64,000 nt of DNA. Source: Oligoflexales bacterium. Lineage in GTDB: Bacteria; Bdellovibrionota_B; Oligoflexia; Oligoflexales; JAPPIL01. The stretch is from contig OZ244057.1 in the NCBI GenBank assembly GCA_965215515.1, positions 448,001 to 512,000 on the forward strand. Reading direction: 5' to 3'. The notes below the pieces were generated by a model, which saw nothing but the letters and a program-made list of their open reading frames with translations, had not been told where the DNA came from and did not search any database. The position numbers and the translations under genes were made by a program. Position 1 is the stretch's first letter. The number at the start of each line of letters is the position of its first letter. Below, one piece after another: positions 48,477-58,462 of this stretch.

Positions 48477-50092
48477 GCAAACAAGCCACGGCTAGCCTCG
48501 AACGACTGCGTCATATCTTCAGCATGCCGCTCGATCGCAACGCCTCCCTACTGAAAATAGAAGCGGAAATTTCTGCCAATCTGCTGGAGTTTTTGCGCCA
48601 CAAAATCGTCGCCGAACGTATCGAGCCGCGGGAATTGCAAAAGTTTTTCTGCGATCATAGCATTCCCGATGCACCGCTGTTCGTTTCCGAGCAGGCGGAG
48701 TTCCTGCTGCGAACCGCAGTACGGCACGCCGTCAACACCGCTGCCCCCAAATTTATCGGACACATGACCTCACCCCTACCGACTTTCATGTTGCCTCTGA
48801 CTAAAATCATGACCGCCCTTAACCAAAACCTAGTCAAAACCGAGACCTCCAAATCCTTCACCCCGCTCGAACGGCAGGTAATCGCCATGTTGCACCATCT
48901 CATCTATCGCCGCCCCGTGCCGTTCTATGCTCGCTGGATGCACGATAGCCGTGTTGCCCTCGGTGTCCTATGCTCGGGCGGCACACTAGCCAACATCACC
49001 GCACTGTGGGCGGCACGGAACACTATGCTCGCAGGCGAGGACGGCCAAGCCGTGCGGGACATCGGTGTCGGGACTGCCCTGCACCGTCACGGTCTACGCG
49101 GGTTGGCGGTGCTGGTGTCACGGCTCGGTCACTATTCGCTGGCAAAGGCGGCGGACTTGCTCGGTATCGGACGGGAGGGGGTGATTGCGGTGGCGACGGA
49201 TAGTCGTGATCGCATAGATTGTAAAGAGTTACAGACACAGGTGCGCCGTCTCAAGGCACGCAACATCGGCATCGTCGCGATCGTCGGCATCGCAGGCAGC
49301 ACCGAGACAGGCAGTGTCGATCCGCTCGCGACCTTGGCTGACATCGCCGCTGAAGAAGACTGCCACCTCCATGTAGACGCGGCGTGGGGCGGGGCGACCC
49401 TATTCTCCCACCGTCATCGCCATCTGCTGCACGGCATTGCACGTGCCGATACGGTGACTCTCGATGCCCACAAACAACTCTATGTCCCGATGGGTGCGGG
49501 TCTGCTGCTGTGTCGCACACCGACGATGTTGCGTGACATCGAACAACAGGCCGCCTACATTGTGCGAGCTGGTTCGCGCGATCAAGGTAAGTTCACCCTC
49601 GACGGCTCACGTCCTGGCATGGCACTGTTGGTGCATTCAGCTCTGCGTATTTTCGGACGTAAAGGTTTTGAGTTGCTGATCGATTACGGGATAGCACAGG
49701 CGGCGCGTTTTGCGGCTTTGATCGCAGCGAGTCGCGACTTCGAGTTGATTACCCCGCCGCAGCTGAACGTGCTTACCTACCGTTTTCACCCCGCTTCTCT
49801 GCCCGTGTCAGATGCGGTCACGCGCACCGAACTGCTCAACCGCCTCAACGTTTCTTTGCAACGCAAACAGCGTCGTCGCGGGGCTTCGTTCGTATCGCGC
49901 ACCACGCTTCGCCTGCCGTCCCAGCCGTTACCTATCGTGGTGTTGCGGGTTGTGCTGGCCAATCCGCTGACCACGACGGCACACTTGCGCGCAATTCTCG
50001 CCGAGCAGACGGAGCTGGGTAACCGTGACGTGCTGCCGAAAGTACTGCCACCCCAAAAGCCTGCTATACACGCGCCAGTAACCTCTGTATAA
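48473..50092 (+). CDS. panP: PLP-dependent aspartate 1-decarboxylase (PanP type)
   Basis: FIGHMTS, LNQNLVK.ETSK.FTPLERQV, HVDAAWGG, DAHKQLYVPMGAG, GSRPGMA. Confidence 0.85.
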   Translation: MSKQATASLERLRHIFSMPLDRNASLLKIEAEISANLLEFLRHKIVAERIEPRELQKFFCDHSIPDAPLFVSEQAEFLLRTAVRHAVNTAAPKFIGHMTSPLPTFMLPLTKIMTALNQNLVKTETSKSFTPLERQVIAMLHHLIYRRPVPFYARWMHDSRVALGVLCSGGTLANITALWAARNTMLAGEDGQAVRDIGVGTALHRHGLRGLAVLVSRLGHYSLAKAADLLGIGREGVIAVATDSRDRIDCKELQTQVRRLKARNIGIVAIVGIAGSTETGSVDPLATLADIAAEEDCHLHVDAAWGGATLFSHRHRHLLHGIARADTVTLDAHKQLYVPMGAGLLLCRTPTMLRDIEQQAAYIVRAGSRDQGKFTLDGSRPGMALLVHSALRIFGRKGFELLIDYGIAQAARFAALIAASRDFELITPPQLNVLTYRFHPASLPVSDAVTRTELLNRLNVSLQRKQRRRGASFVSRTTLRLPSQPLPIVVLRVVLANPLTTTAHLRAILAEQTELGNRDVLPKVLPPQKPAIHAPVTSV

Positions 50093-50118
50093 CTACGGCA
50101 CGGAGTTGGAGAGGCGCG

Positions 50119-51633
50119 GTGGGAAGAGACTACAGCCTTGAGGAAGAAGCGAGCTGGGACGGGCTTGATCCTGACGAAGTTGCGTTGCACCATCGACGTT
50201 TGACGAAAGAAAAACAGCCTGTGTTTCCTATCATCGATACCTGTCGGAGGGATAACGGCGGTATCTTGCCGCTTGACGAGCTGCTTTATCTCACCGATGA
50301 CTCTGCTCGTGTTTTGCAAAGCTTCGTTTCGTTGGTGCTTGCGGCAGGGGCGGCGAGCCGTTTTTTGCGACCGCTCGCTAAGCTGGAAAAGTTGATAAAG
50401 AAAGGCGACTATCGCGTGGCGCGTGTTGAGTTGCAACGCTTACAGGATGCGGGTGCTACCCGTCTGCCGCTCTTTTACAGTGTGCGGGAGCTCATCAAAA
50501 GCGGGGCGCGGGTGGACGACGATGCACTCGACGAAGAACGTTCTTCTTCGTTGGGACTGTTCCCTTTTCCAAAAGCTTTTCATCCTTGTGTGTTGGAGGA
50601 TTATTCGTTCTTTGCTGTCAAGATCGTTGAACATCGTGCTATCGGTGAATTAGCCAAGCAGGTATATATCATCCCTGAACGCAGCATGCGTCTGTTCAGG
50701 AGTCGTTCTTCCGCCCATCGTGCTTTGCAAGACATGTTGTTCTACGAGCAAAAAGGCGACATGTGCACGGTGCGTCTGCTGCCGAATGGCGATCCTTACC
50801 GTGATGATAACAACTGTCTGTCGGTTGTTCCCGCGGGGCATGGCGTGTTGACCAGACTTTTTTCGTCTATCAAAGCACAGACTGGTGCGCACTCTGCCTT
50901 TGTCCGCAACATCGATAATGTGATGGGAGGGGAGGAGCAATCTCTTGAAGTCTGTCGTTCTTTCATGCGTTTGCATCACTTCGTGATTACGCATGTACAG
51001 AAAATAAGAACAGCATTGCGTCGTGGTCGGTTGCCGACGGCGGAAAAATCAGCTTGTGCCATCATCATCAGCGTTTTGCGGCGCAAGCCACCTACCAGCC
51101 CGCTGTGGTGTGTGCTGAAGGAGCTGTTTCACACCGCACGTCCTCCTGCCGATAGTGAAGGTGATCGGCGGAACTTGCTTAATTTTTATGCACGTCCTGT
51201 CAACACTCTCGGGCAGGTGTTGAACAACGGCAAGGATATGGGGGGCATACCTGTGTTTGCCACATGGCGTGGTCGTCGCCTCAAGCTGTGCCTTGAAATC
51301 CCGCATATGCGGGAGGAAGATATCAGAAACTTCGCTCGCCACCCCGAACGTGCTACGCACTTCAATCCTGTCTTTGCGGCCTGCGAGTTGGATGCCCACT
51401 ACGACACGCACCACAGTCCTTTTTGGCTAGCGGCGCACAAGACCTTTGCGGGTCAGGAGGTCATGTATCACGAAACGTTGTTCTCGGAGATAGTAGGCAA
51501 TAGTCTGCATTGCAACACGTTGTTTGTCGAGGTGCCGCGCTGTATCTTCAACCCTCACAAGTGCATCACCGCTGCCAAGGATCGTCGTATTGCTGATTGG
51601 GGGTTCTCCTATCGAGACTTTTCTTCGTGGTGA
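50119..51633 (+). CDS. DUF4301-like (UDP-sugar pyrophosphorylase fold) protein
   Basis: AAGAASR, PAGHG, NIDNV, THFNPV, FVEVP..FNP.K. Confidence 0.7.
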   Translation: MGRDYSLEEEASWDGLDPDEVALHHRRLTKEKQPVFPIIDTCRRDNGGILPLDELLYLTDDSARVLQSFVSLVLAAGAASRFLRPLAKLEKLIKKGDYRVARVELQRLQDAGATRLPLFYSVRELIKSGARVDDDALDEERSSSLGLFPFPKAFHPCVLEDYSFFAVKIVEHRAIGELAKQVYIIPERSMRLFRSRSSAHRALQDMLFYEQKGDMCTVRLLPNGDPYRDDNNCLSVVPAGHGVLTRLFSSIKAQTGAHSAFVRNIDNVMGGEEQSLEVCRSFMRLHHFVITHVQKIRTALRRGRLPTAEKSACAIIISVLRRKPPTSPLWCVLKELFHTARPPADSEGDRRNLLNFYARPVNTLGQVLNNGKDMGGIPVFATWRGRRLKLCLEIPHMREEDIRNFARHPERATHFNPVFAACELDAHYDTHHSPFWLAAHKTFAGQEVMYHETLFSEIVGNSLHCNTLFVEVPRCIFNPHKCITAAKDRRIADWGFSYRDFSSW

Positions 51634-52430
51634 GGCTCGCGGCGACAGCGGCGGTGTCGCGTTACGGCTGTGGTATTGTGGCGAACAGACGGCTGGGGCA
51701 GAATTTTCTCTGCGATGCCAACATCAACAGCAAGATTGCCTGTCTTGCCGCTCGCCTTGTGCCAGGCGGTATGTGCGATGAGATCGGTGCAGGCACGGGC
51801 AACTTGACCGCGGCGTTGTTAGCGGCAAACTTGCGGGTCACCGCCATCGAGAGTGATTGCCGTTTATTGCCTCACCTCGCGGCGCGTTTTCGTGATCACG
51901 ATTTGCAACTTGTGCATAGCGATGTGCGTGATTGGAAACCGCCGCCGACTGCCGCAGCTAGGCTCTGCGTAGGTAATATTCCCTACATGCTGACAACCGC
52001 TATCTTGCTGTGGTTGAAAAAAAATCGTTGCTGCTATCGGCATGCTTTATTCACCGTACAGCGTGAAGTGGCTATGCGTCTCACTGCCTTGCCCGCTTCT
52101 AAAGCTTACGGACGGCTCAGTGCTTGTTTACAGTTGTTCTTTGTTGTCCGTCAGCACTTTACGATACCTCGCACCTGTTTTCGGCCGCGGCCACGGGTGG
52201 ATTCGGCGGTGGTGTCTTTCACGCCACGGCCATCACCGTGCAGCGTGGCGCAGGAACAGGCGTTCGAGCGCTTCACCCAGATGTTGTTTCACATGCGCCG
52301 CAAGACGCTGGCGACAACCCTCAAACGGCACGGCATCCCCTGCACTGCACTTACCGAGGTGGAGAAACGCGCTCGTGTCGAAACCCTTTCTCCGTCCTCT
52401 ATCTTGGCACTGCTGCACAGGCTGAGGTAG
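51630..52430 (+). CDS. rsmA: 16S rRNA dimethyladenosine transferase
   Basis: GQNFL, EIGAGTG, NIPY, QREVA, P.VDSAVV. Confidence 0.95.
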   Translation: MRLAATAAVSRYGCGIVANRRLGQNFLCDANINSKIACLAARLVPGGMCDEIGAGTGNLTAALLAANLRVTAIESDCRLLPHLAARFRDHDLQLVHSDVRDWKPPPTAAARLCVGNIPYMLTTAILLWLKKNRCCYRHALFTVQREVAMRLTALPASKAYGRLSACLQLFFVVRQHFTIPRTCFRPRPRVDSAVVSFTPRPSPCSVAQEQAFERFTQMLFHMRRKTLATTLKRHGIPCTALTEVEKRARVETLSPSSILALLHRLR

Positions 52431-52435
52431 GGTAT

Positions 52436-53434
52436 TTACAAGCGCGACGGGGCGGGCGCTGGGGTAACCGTTGCGCTCCACACGACCTTGACACTGTGTG
52501 TCTTAGCTGGCATGGCTGTGTTGTCGATGGTCAGGATATTGCCGCTGAGGGTGTAGGTAGCGGGGGGTAACATTTTTTCCTTGCCTCCGCTGGTGATATA
52601 AACTTTTGCTGATTTGTCAGGGTGAGTTTGCTGCAACACGAATCTATTTTGCAGTACCGCGTGGATATGCTGGGAAATTTTGCGCAGCGTGGCGCGGTAA
52701 TCCTTGCTATGTACGGAGTCGTAGTGTGCGAAGATATGCTTACCGTTATCGACTTTTTCCAGAAAATTTTTGCTGTCCTCAGTATTTATCAGCCCGTAAA
52801 CTTTGGCGGTAATACCGACAACTCTTATTTTCTGCAGATAACTGTGCAGTGCCGAGATATGGCATTCACGGTCGGCGAGGGGGCTGGGCACATTCAAGCC
52901 GCTGGTATCGACATCCCCGCACTTGCCGAGTTTAAAATTATCTTCGTCGGTGATAATCAACACCGCGACCGCCGAGTTGGCGCGTAACCATCCTTTGCCA
53001 CTACAGTCCTTCTGCAGACCGAGAATGGCGGCACGACTCGCCTGTTCGAGGAAAGTACCACCTGTGCCTAGTTTGCCTATTGTGGAGCGAAACGCGTGTT
53101 TGTAGTTAGGTGTTGCCGCACTGAATGTCTGGGGACAGTCGCGGGTATCGGTGGTTGTCAAGGCTATCTTCCAGTCGTTATCTGCCACCTCACCGAGCAG
53201 GACACCGAGCTTGTCAGCCAAACCACGGTGCACCTCAGCCATCGAATCGGAGTTGTCGATGACCAGCAAGATGTCGAGTGGACTGCGCCTCGCCTTGCCC
53301 AACAAAAACGACTCCTCATTATCTGCAATCGCTGGTGGCACAGGCTTACGTTTTCCTCCGATACCCTCCGACAGGAAAGTGATTTTGTTACAACCTGACA
53401 TCATCAACACGAGACAAAAACCGCACAGACGCAT
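52436..53434 (-). CDS. vWA-domain lipoprotein
   Basis: Lipobox MSGC; MIDAS DNSDS; IITDED. Confidence 0.75.
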   Translation of the reverse strand: MRLCGFCLVLMMSGCNKITFLSEGIGGKRKPVPPAIADNEESFLLGKARRSPLDILLVIDNSDSMAEVHRGLADKLGVLLGEVADNDWKIALTTTDTRDCPQTFSAATPNYKHAFRSTIGKLGTGGTFLEQASRAAILGLQKDCSGKGWLRANSAVAVLIITDEDNFKLGKCGDVDTSGLNVPSPLADRECHISALHSYLQKIRVVGITAKVYGLINTEDSKNFLEKVDNGKHIFAHYDSVHSKDYRATLRKISQHIHAVLQNRFVLQQTHPDKSAKVYITSGGKEKMLPPATYTLSGNILTIDNTAMPAKTHSVKVVWSATVTPAPAPSRL

Positions 53435-53975
53435 ACCAGCCACCTCGAACTTTCTCCACGCAGCACTGACATCGGCGAGCAAGTTTTTTTCTAAAGCAAA
53501 ACACGAAAGAAAATTAACAAATAACGCAAATTTTTTTGTAAAAATTTAAATTTGTGCTGAATTATCGTAAAGTACAGAGTCTTATGTACGAGAGAGGCGC
53601 TTTTTACGAAAAATTTTGTCATGTGGGTTGCAATTATGCGACCGCGCGGGCAGAATGGATTCTGGAACTGCTACGAAGCTGCAAGTTTTTCTTTGTCGGC
53701 TGCATGGCGGGGGCTTTGTGCGGCGGTGGGTTTATCCCCCGCGCTCCCTTTGGGCTTTTGGCCTCTCCCGCGGGATTAGCATTTTTCTTTTCAATTTATT
53801 GAAGAAGTCTATGACAACGGCTACCATAAAATTGGAGTCTGCTCCGAAACCTACCACAGTGGTGAAACCATCCACCTTTTCCGTCCTTATTACCTCATCC
53901 TTCACAGGGCTGTCCTCCCACAAGATGGCGGCTTTGCTTTTCTCAAATGGCCGTTAACAAGACGTAACTTCAACG

Positions 53976-54003
53976 GGGAGGGTGAATAACCCTCCCTTTT
54001 TTT
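53976..54003 (+). terminator. Intrinsic terminator
   Basis: GGGAGGGT-GAATA-ACCCTCCC followed by T7. Confidence 0.85.
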
Positions 54004-54028
54004 CTGGCAAAATCAAATACCTACATAC

Positions 54029-54057
54029 TTGACAAAAGCACAAGAATATGGTAGGGT
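54029..54057 (+). promoter_or_regulatory. sigma70-type promoter with extended -10
   Basis: TTGACA-N17-TAGGGT with TG immediately upstream of the -10 (TGn). Confidence 0.55.
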
Positions 54058-54124
54058 ACGCCCCGTCGTATTGGAAATGCTTTCCTTTATTCTCAGCGTT
54101 TATCGTTAACTATTGAGTAATTGC

Positions 54125-54361
54125 ATGGAAGACCATACCGCTGCTGAGGCTCCTGTAAAACGAGTTAAGCAGCTCCCCCCGTCGGTGCTGAAGGATATCG
54201 AACTGAAAAACCACGCCCGCAGATTAGCCAACCTCGCTCCTATTAAAGTCAGGATTCGCCGCTGTATCTCTTGTCTGTCGCTGTTTGAATCGGCAGGTAA
54301 CAGAACTTGTGGTTGCAATACCCGTAGCACGGGCTACATCGCGGGACGCGAGATTATCTAG
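54125..54361 (+). CDS. Small Cys-rich (zinc-ribbon-like) hypothetical protein
   Basis: RRCISC..FES..NRTCGC; has its own promoter. Confidence 0.6.
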   Translation: MEDHTAAEAPVKRVKQLPPSVLKDIELKNHARRLANLAPIKVRIRRCISCLSLFESAGNRTCGCNTRSTGYIAGREII

Positions 54362-54389
54362 CAGCTCGTGTGCTCCCCGCGGGTAAAAC

Positions 54390-55460
54390 CTAATCTCGGT
54401 CGATGATAACGGGTCGCTCGCATAGATAGTCGCTCAGCAGCGCAACCCACGAGGGATTGTCGTTGAGGCAGGGAATCAAGGTCAACTCTGTGCCTCCCCT
54501 CTCGATAAAATCAGCTCGTAAGCGCATGCCCACCTCCTCCAGCGTTTCGAGGCAGTCGGCGACGAAACTCGGACAGACGACGGCGAGGTGCTTAACCCCT
54601 TTTTGCTGTGCCAGTTCTTTCACTTTCTCATCGCTCCATGGCTTGATCCACGGTGTGCCTGCGAGACGAGATTGAAAGGCAGTGCTGTAAAAATTTGCAG
54701 GTAGCCGCAAGCTTTGGGCGACAGCACGAGTGGTCTGCAAACACTGTCGTCGATAGCACAACTTGTTATTTGCTGTCACCGTTGCACAGCAGTCGGGTGG
54801 GGTAGCGCGACAAGGCAATTGCCGTCGCGGTAAACCGTGATAGCTGAACAACACATAGTCAGTGGAGGGATTCTTTTGCAAATAATCAGCAATCGTAGTG
54901 CGCAGTGCCCGCTGATAAAAGGGCTGGTCGTAAAAATAGTTGACTACCCGCAGATACGGTATGTTTTGCTGACGAGCAACGACACGCAGTGCTGCTTCGA
55001 TAGCAGCGCCGTTAGCCGCAGATGAATACTGTGGAAACAGAGGCATGATGGTTAACCGTTCCACATCACGCGCAGCGAGTGCCGCAATCGCTTGTGTCAG
55101 TGACGGTTCACTGTAGCACATAGCTACCGCGGCAAAAATATGCGGCGGCAACTGCGCGTTAAGTGCACGCACCAAAGCGTGACTAAAAAACAACAGCGGT
55201 GAACCTTCCTCCTTCCAAATTTGGCCATAAGCAGCGCGAGAATTGCGGCTACGTAAAGGCACGATAAGTAAATTCACCAACAAAAAACGTAACACAGGGT
55301 TGATGTCAATAACGCGGCGGTCGGAGAGAAATTTACGCAAATAACTAGCCACCGACCATAGCCGCAACGACGCTGGTGAGCCGATGTTGATAAACAATAC
55401 ACCGTGACGCGGCAAAGCGGAAACACTCACGAAGAACATCCTCGCGTGGGACAAGAACAC
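54390..55460 (-). CDS. hemH: Ferrochelatase
   Basis: NIGSP, PLFPQYS, FSYHGLP, FQSR, FVADCLETLEE. Confidence 0.96.
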   Translation of the reverse strand: MFLSHARMFFVSVSALPRHGVLFINIGSPASLRLWSVASYLRKFLSDRRVIDINPVLRFLLVNLLIVPLRSRNSRAAYGQIWKEEGSPLLFFSHALVRALNAQLPPHIFAAVAMCYSEPSLTQAIAALAARDVERLTIMPLFPQYSSAANGAAIEAALRVVARQQNIPYLRVVNYFYDQPFYQRALRTTIADYLQKNPSTDYVLFSYHGLPRRQLPCRATPPDCCATVTANNKLCYRRQCLQTTRAVAQSLRLPANFYSTAFQSRLAGTPWIKPWSDEKVKELAQQKGVKHLAVVCPSFVADCLETLEEVGMRLRADFIERGGTELTLIPCLNDNPSWVALLSDYLCERPVIIDRD

Positions 55461-55462
55461 GA

Positions 55463-55489
55463 AAGGAGCGAGGACAGACCCCGCTCCTT
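55463..55489 (-). terminator. Hairpin / probable terminator after OMP gene
   Basis: AAGGAGCGGGG-loop-CCTCGCTCCTT on minus strand. Confidence 0.6.
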
Positions 55490-55514
55490 AATCGGTTAGC
55501 TGCACTCTTGCTCG

Positions 55515-56582
55515 CTAGAAGAGTTGGTAGCTGAGTCTGGCCAGAACTGCCTTATACGCCTGCTCGCCCGACTTCTTGTTCCATTCCACTGTAACACCGA
55601 GAGAGTCGATAATCGAGATATTCGATACCAACCTACGCGTGGGATCGGAGAACGTACCGTCACCGAGTGGATGATACTGGGTGTAGGAAGTTACCGCATT
55701 AGGAATGATCGGCACATAATTCAGAATATTACCTTCATCAGCCCCCAAGACCTTGCCTAAACTAACCCAGCCTGTTTTCAGGGTTGCGCCAAAGCTTGCC
55801 ACGCTATCGCCGTCGAGATCAGCGTAGTCGTCACCATCATACTTGCCTTCCCACAGAGCACCGACACCGCCGCGCAATTGCAGTTCCATCTTCTTGCCAA
55901 ACACATCGGCACTGGCCCTTACACCGATACCAGCTGTGGCATCAGTCTGGCGTTTGTTCTTGCCATACTGTGCCCCGCCACCCTCGACGAACAACAACGG
56001 CATCGCGGGCGTATCTACCCCGACAGGAATACCCTGAACCAAGACAGCACGACCGACGTAGTCTTCCGTGCCCGTGTAGTCATCAGCACCGACCTCCTTG
56101 GTGTTGTTGGAAACAATCCTACCGCTGAGGGAAAGTTCCGCGAGGTGGCGGCTTAGGGTTGAGTCAAGTCCAATACCAGCGTTCAAGATGTCCGCCTTCG
56201 ACCCGTTGTCATAGTCGGCAAAGTTACCGAACAACGTGCCGCTAATATCCAGCTCCCAACCACCACCAAAATCAACCACCTTGGCGGTACCGACCTTCTT
56301 ATCGATCTCCTTGGAGCGTTTTTCGATGTCGGCGTTGGCAGCGCTGCTCACCGTGAACAACAACCCAGCAGCCGCGGCAGCCGTAAGAATCTTCTTGCCA
56401 AGATTACGGCTGTTGACCGCCAGCGAACTCTCACCGTTCAGCGCCGCCACCTTCTCGACCAACGGCTGATTGCGTAGCAACTGCTTGAGTTGCCTCGCAG
56501 CGTTTTTGCCCGTCCCTCCCTTGATAGCGAAGCCCTGCACGGACAACAACACTCCGCAGACAAAAATCCCGAAAAGCCTCAC
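55515..56582 (-). CDS. Putative outer-membrane beta-barrel protein with extended N-terminus
   Basis: GGAGG RBS before GTG; signal peptide; Gly/Asp-rich strands; terminal ARLSYQLF. Confidence 0.6.
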   Translation of the reverse strand: MRLFGIFVCGVLLSVQGFAIKGGTGKNAARQLKQLLRNQPLVEKVAALNGESSLAVNSRNLGKKILTAAAAAGLLFTVSSAANADIEKRSKEIDKKVGTAKVVDFGGGWELDISGTLFGNFADYDNGSKADILNAGIGLDSTLSRHLAELSLSGRIVSNNTKEVGADDYTGTEDYVGRAVLVQGIPVGVDTPAMPLLFVEGGGAQYGKNKRQTDATAGIGVRASADVFGKKMELQLRGGVGALWEGKYDGDDYADLDGDSVASFGATLKTGWVSLGKVLGADEGNILNYVPIIPNAVTSYTQYHPLGDGTFSDPTRRLVSNISIIDSLGVTVEWNKKSGEQAYKAVLARLSYQLF

Positions 56583-56751
56583 GACATCCTCCCAAAGTTT
56601 GTGAGTTAGTTGACAGTGCGAGGTGTATTTTCTCTTTGCACGAATGTCAACAGTCTTTTTAAGTTTTTTGAAAAAATTTGCACACAGCAAAATTTCTTGG
56701 CGAGCTGCGTGCAGCGTGCTACACTACCAGCTTTTCACTGGAGTCTACCCG

Positions 56752-57594
56752 ATGAGTGCAGCTCCTCCGTTGGTGCGGCGTTTCGTCGCAGGCACGACGT
56801 GGCGGGATGCCCTGCCTCGCTGTAAGGATCTGGCGGCGCAGGGGATCAGGACGGCCCTTAACATCCTCGGTGAAGATTACCGCGGCGAGCGGGAGAGCCG
56901 TGCCGTGCAGCGCGCCTACCTAGATCTGCTTGCCCGTATGGAGGGCGACACCTCCTATCTGTCTATCAAGCTGACTATGCTCGGTCTCATGCACAGCGAG
57001 GAACTAGCTTGCGAATTGCTCGACGGCCTGCTGCAAGCCGCAGCGAGACACGGGGTGTTCGTGCGTATCGACATGGAAGGGTCGCGGTGGACGGAACAGA
57101 CCATCGCCATCTACATGCGCATGAAAAAAAAATTTCCCGCCCTCGGTATCGTTCTGCAGGCATACTTGAAACGTACCCAAGCCGATCTCGAACGCCTACA
57201 AGGTGTCGATGCAAAGGTGCGCCTGTGCAAGGGTGCTTACAAGGAAGCGGCGCAGATTGCCTGGCAAGACCTGCGGGACATTCGTAGTAACTACGCCACC
57301 CTCGCGGCGATGCTGCTGCGCAACTTCAGCGATACAGCCTTTGCCACGCACGATGACTTACTGATCGCACGGGTGCAAGAGCTAGCACGACAGCACGGTA
57401 CGCCCGCGGCACGCTATGAGTTTCAGATGCTGTACGGCATGCGCCGCCGCACCTGGCCACGCCTGCGCGCACAAGGCTACAATCTGCGCATCTATATCCC
57501 GTTTGGCAGCAACTGGTTTCCCTACTTCAGTCGGCGGTTATTGGAGCGGAAGGAAAACTTTTTCTTTCTGCTGCGCAACCTCTTCAAAGCATGA
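56752..57594 (+). CDS. Monofunctional proline dehydrogenase
   Basis: RFVAG, SIKLT, RIDME, RLCKGAY, ATHD, FQMLYG, RRLLER. Confidence 0.93.
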   Translation: MSAAPPLVRRFVAGTTWRDALPRCKDLAAQGIRTALNILGEDYRGERESRAVQRAYLDLLARMEGDTSYLSIKLTMLGLMHSEELACELLDGLLQAAARHGVFVRIDMEGSRWTEQTIAIYMRMKKKFPALGIVLQAYLKRTQADLERLQGVDAKVRLCKGAYKEAAQIAWQDLRDIRSNYATLAAMLLRNFSDTAFATHDDLLIARVQELARQHGTPAARYEFQMLYGMRRRTWPRLRAQGYNLRIYIPFGSNWFPYFSRRLLERKENFFFLLRNLFKA

Positions 57595-58244
57595 AAATCC
57601 TGCGCCGTCTCTATGACTGGGTGTTGCGCTGGGCTGACACGCGTTGGGGGTTCCCTGCCTTACTCATTCTCGCCTTCTGTGAGAGCAGTTTTTTTCCTCT
57701 TCCGCCCGACGTATTGTTGATGCCGCTGGTGTTAGGAGCGAGTGAACGCTGGCTACTCCTCGCCACAGGCACGACGGTGGCTTCGGTATTGGGCGGTATG
57801 GTGGGCTATGCTATCGGTTTTTTCGCCTGGCAGACGCTAGGGCGGTGGTTGATCGAGAATGTTATGCGCATAGAGTTGGTCGCGGTGGCGGGACGTGAAG
57901 ATGTGCAGCTGCCAACCTATGTCGAGAAACTGCTTGGCATGCAACCAGCTTATCTGTTTCAGATTTTTGACGAGTGGAATGCATGGATCGTCTTCGCCTT
58001 CGGCCTGACACCGCTGCCATATAAGCTGATTACCATCGCGGCAGGCTTTGCCCAGGTCGACCTGTTAGTCTTTGTGTTCGCTAGTGTCGTGTCACGCGGT
58101 CTGCGTTTTTTCGTGCTGGCTTTCTTGCTGCACAAACTCGGCCCCCCCGCACAGACCTTCATCGACCGCCATTTCAACTTACTCGCCATCTCCTTCACCG
58201 TGCTGCTGTGTGGAGGGTTGCTCGTCATCGGCTGGCTGCTCTAG
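57591..58244 (+). CDS. yqaA: YqaA/DedA (VTT) family membrane protein
   Basis: ESSFFPLPPD, TPLPYK, RGLRF. Confidence 0.88.
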   Translation: MKILRRLYDWVLRWADTRWGFPALLILAFCESSFFPLPPDVLLMPLVLGASERWLLLATGTTVASVLGGMVGYAIGFFAWQTLGRWLIENVMRIELVAVAGREDVQLPTYVEKLLGMQPAYLFQIFDEWNAWIVFAFGLTPLPYKLITIAAGFAQVDLLVFVFASVVSRGLRFFVLAFLLHKLGPPAQTFIDRHFNLLAISFTVLLCGGLLVIGWLL

Positions 58245-58462
58245 CATAGTACCCCCCCTCCCGTTGTTATTTACGATGTCTCAGGAAGGCTAATTTTGGT
58301 TGTTTAAGATGCGAAACTTAAAAAATACTTGCAATACTATACGAAGGCGGTGTACGTGTAACGCTTGTTGTTTTTATAAAACGGTAGCATAACCATTATA
58401 TGAAGGCACTTTTAAAAAAATAGCATCAGAAAGCGAAGTGATACTTGCTCAGGTTGGGGGTA

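Noticed and set aside
53729..54390. GGTTTATCCCCCGCG and GTGCTCCCCGCGGGTAAAACC resemble type I-E CRISPR repeat ends
   Set aside because: Partial, isolated, ~640 bp apart, with no periodicity
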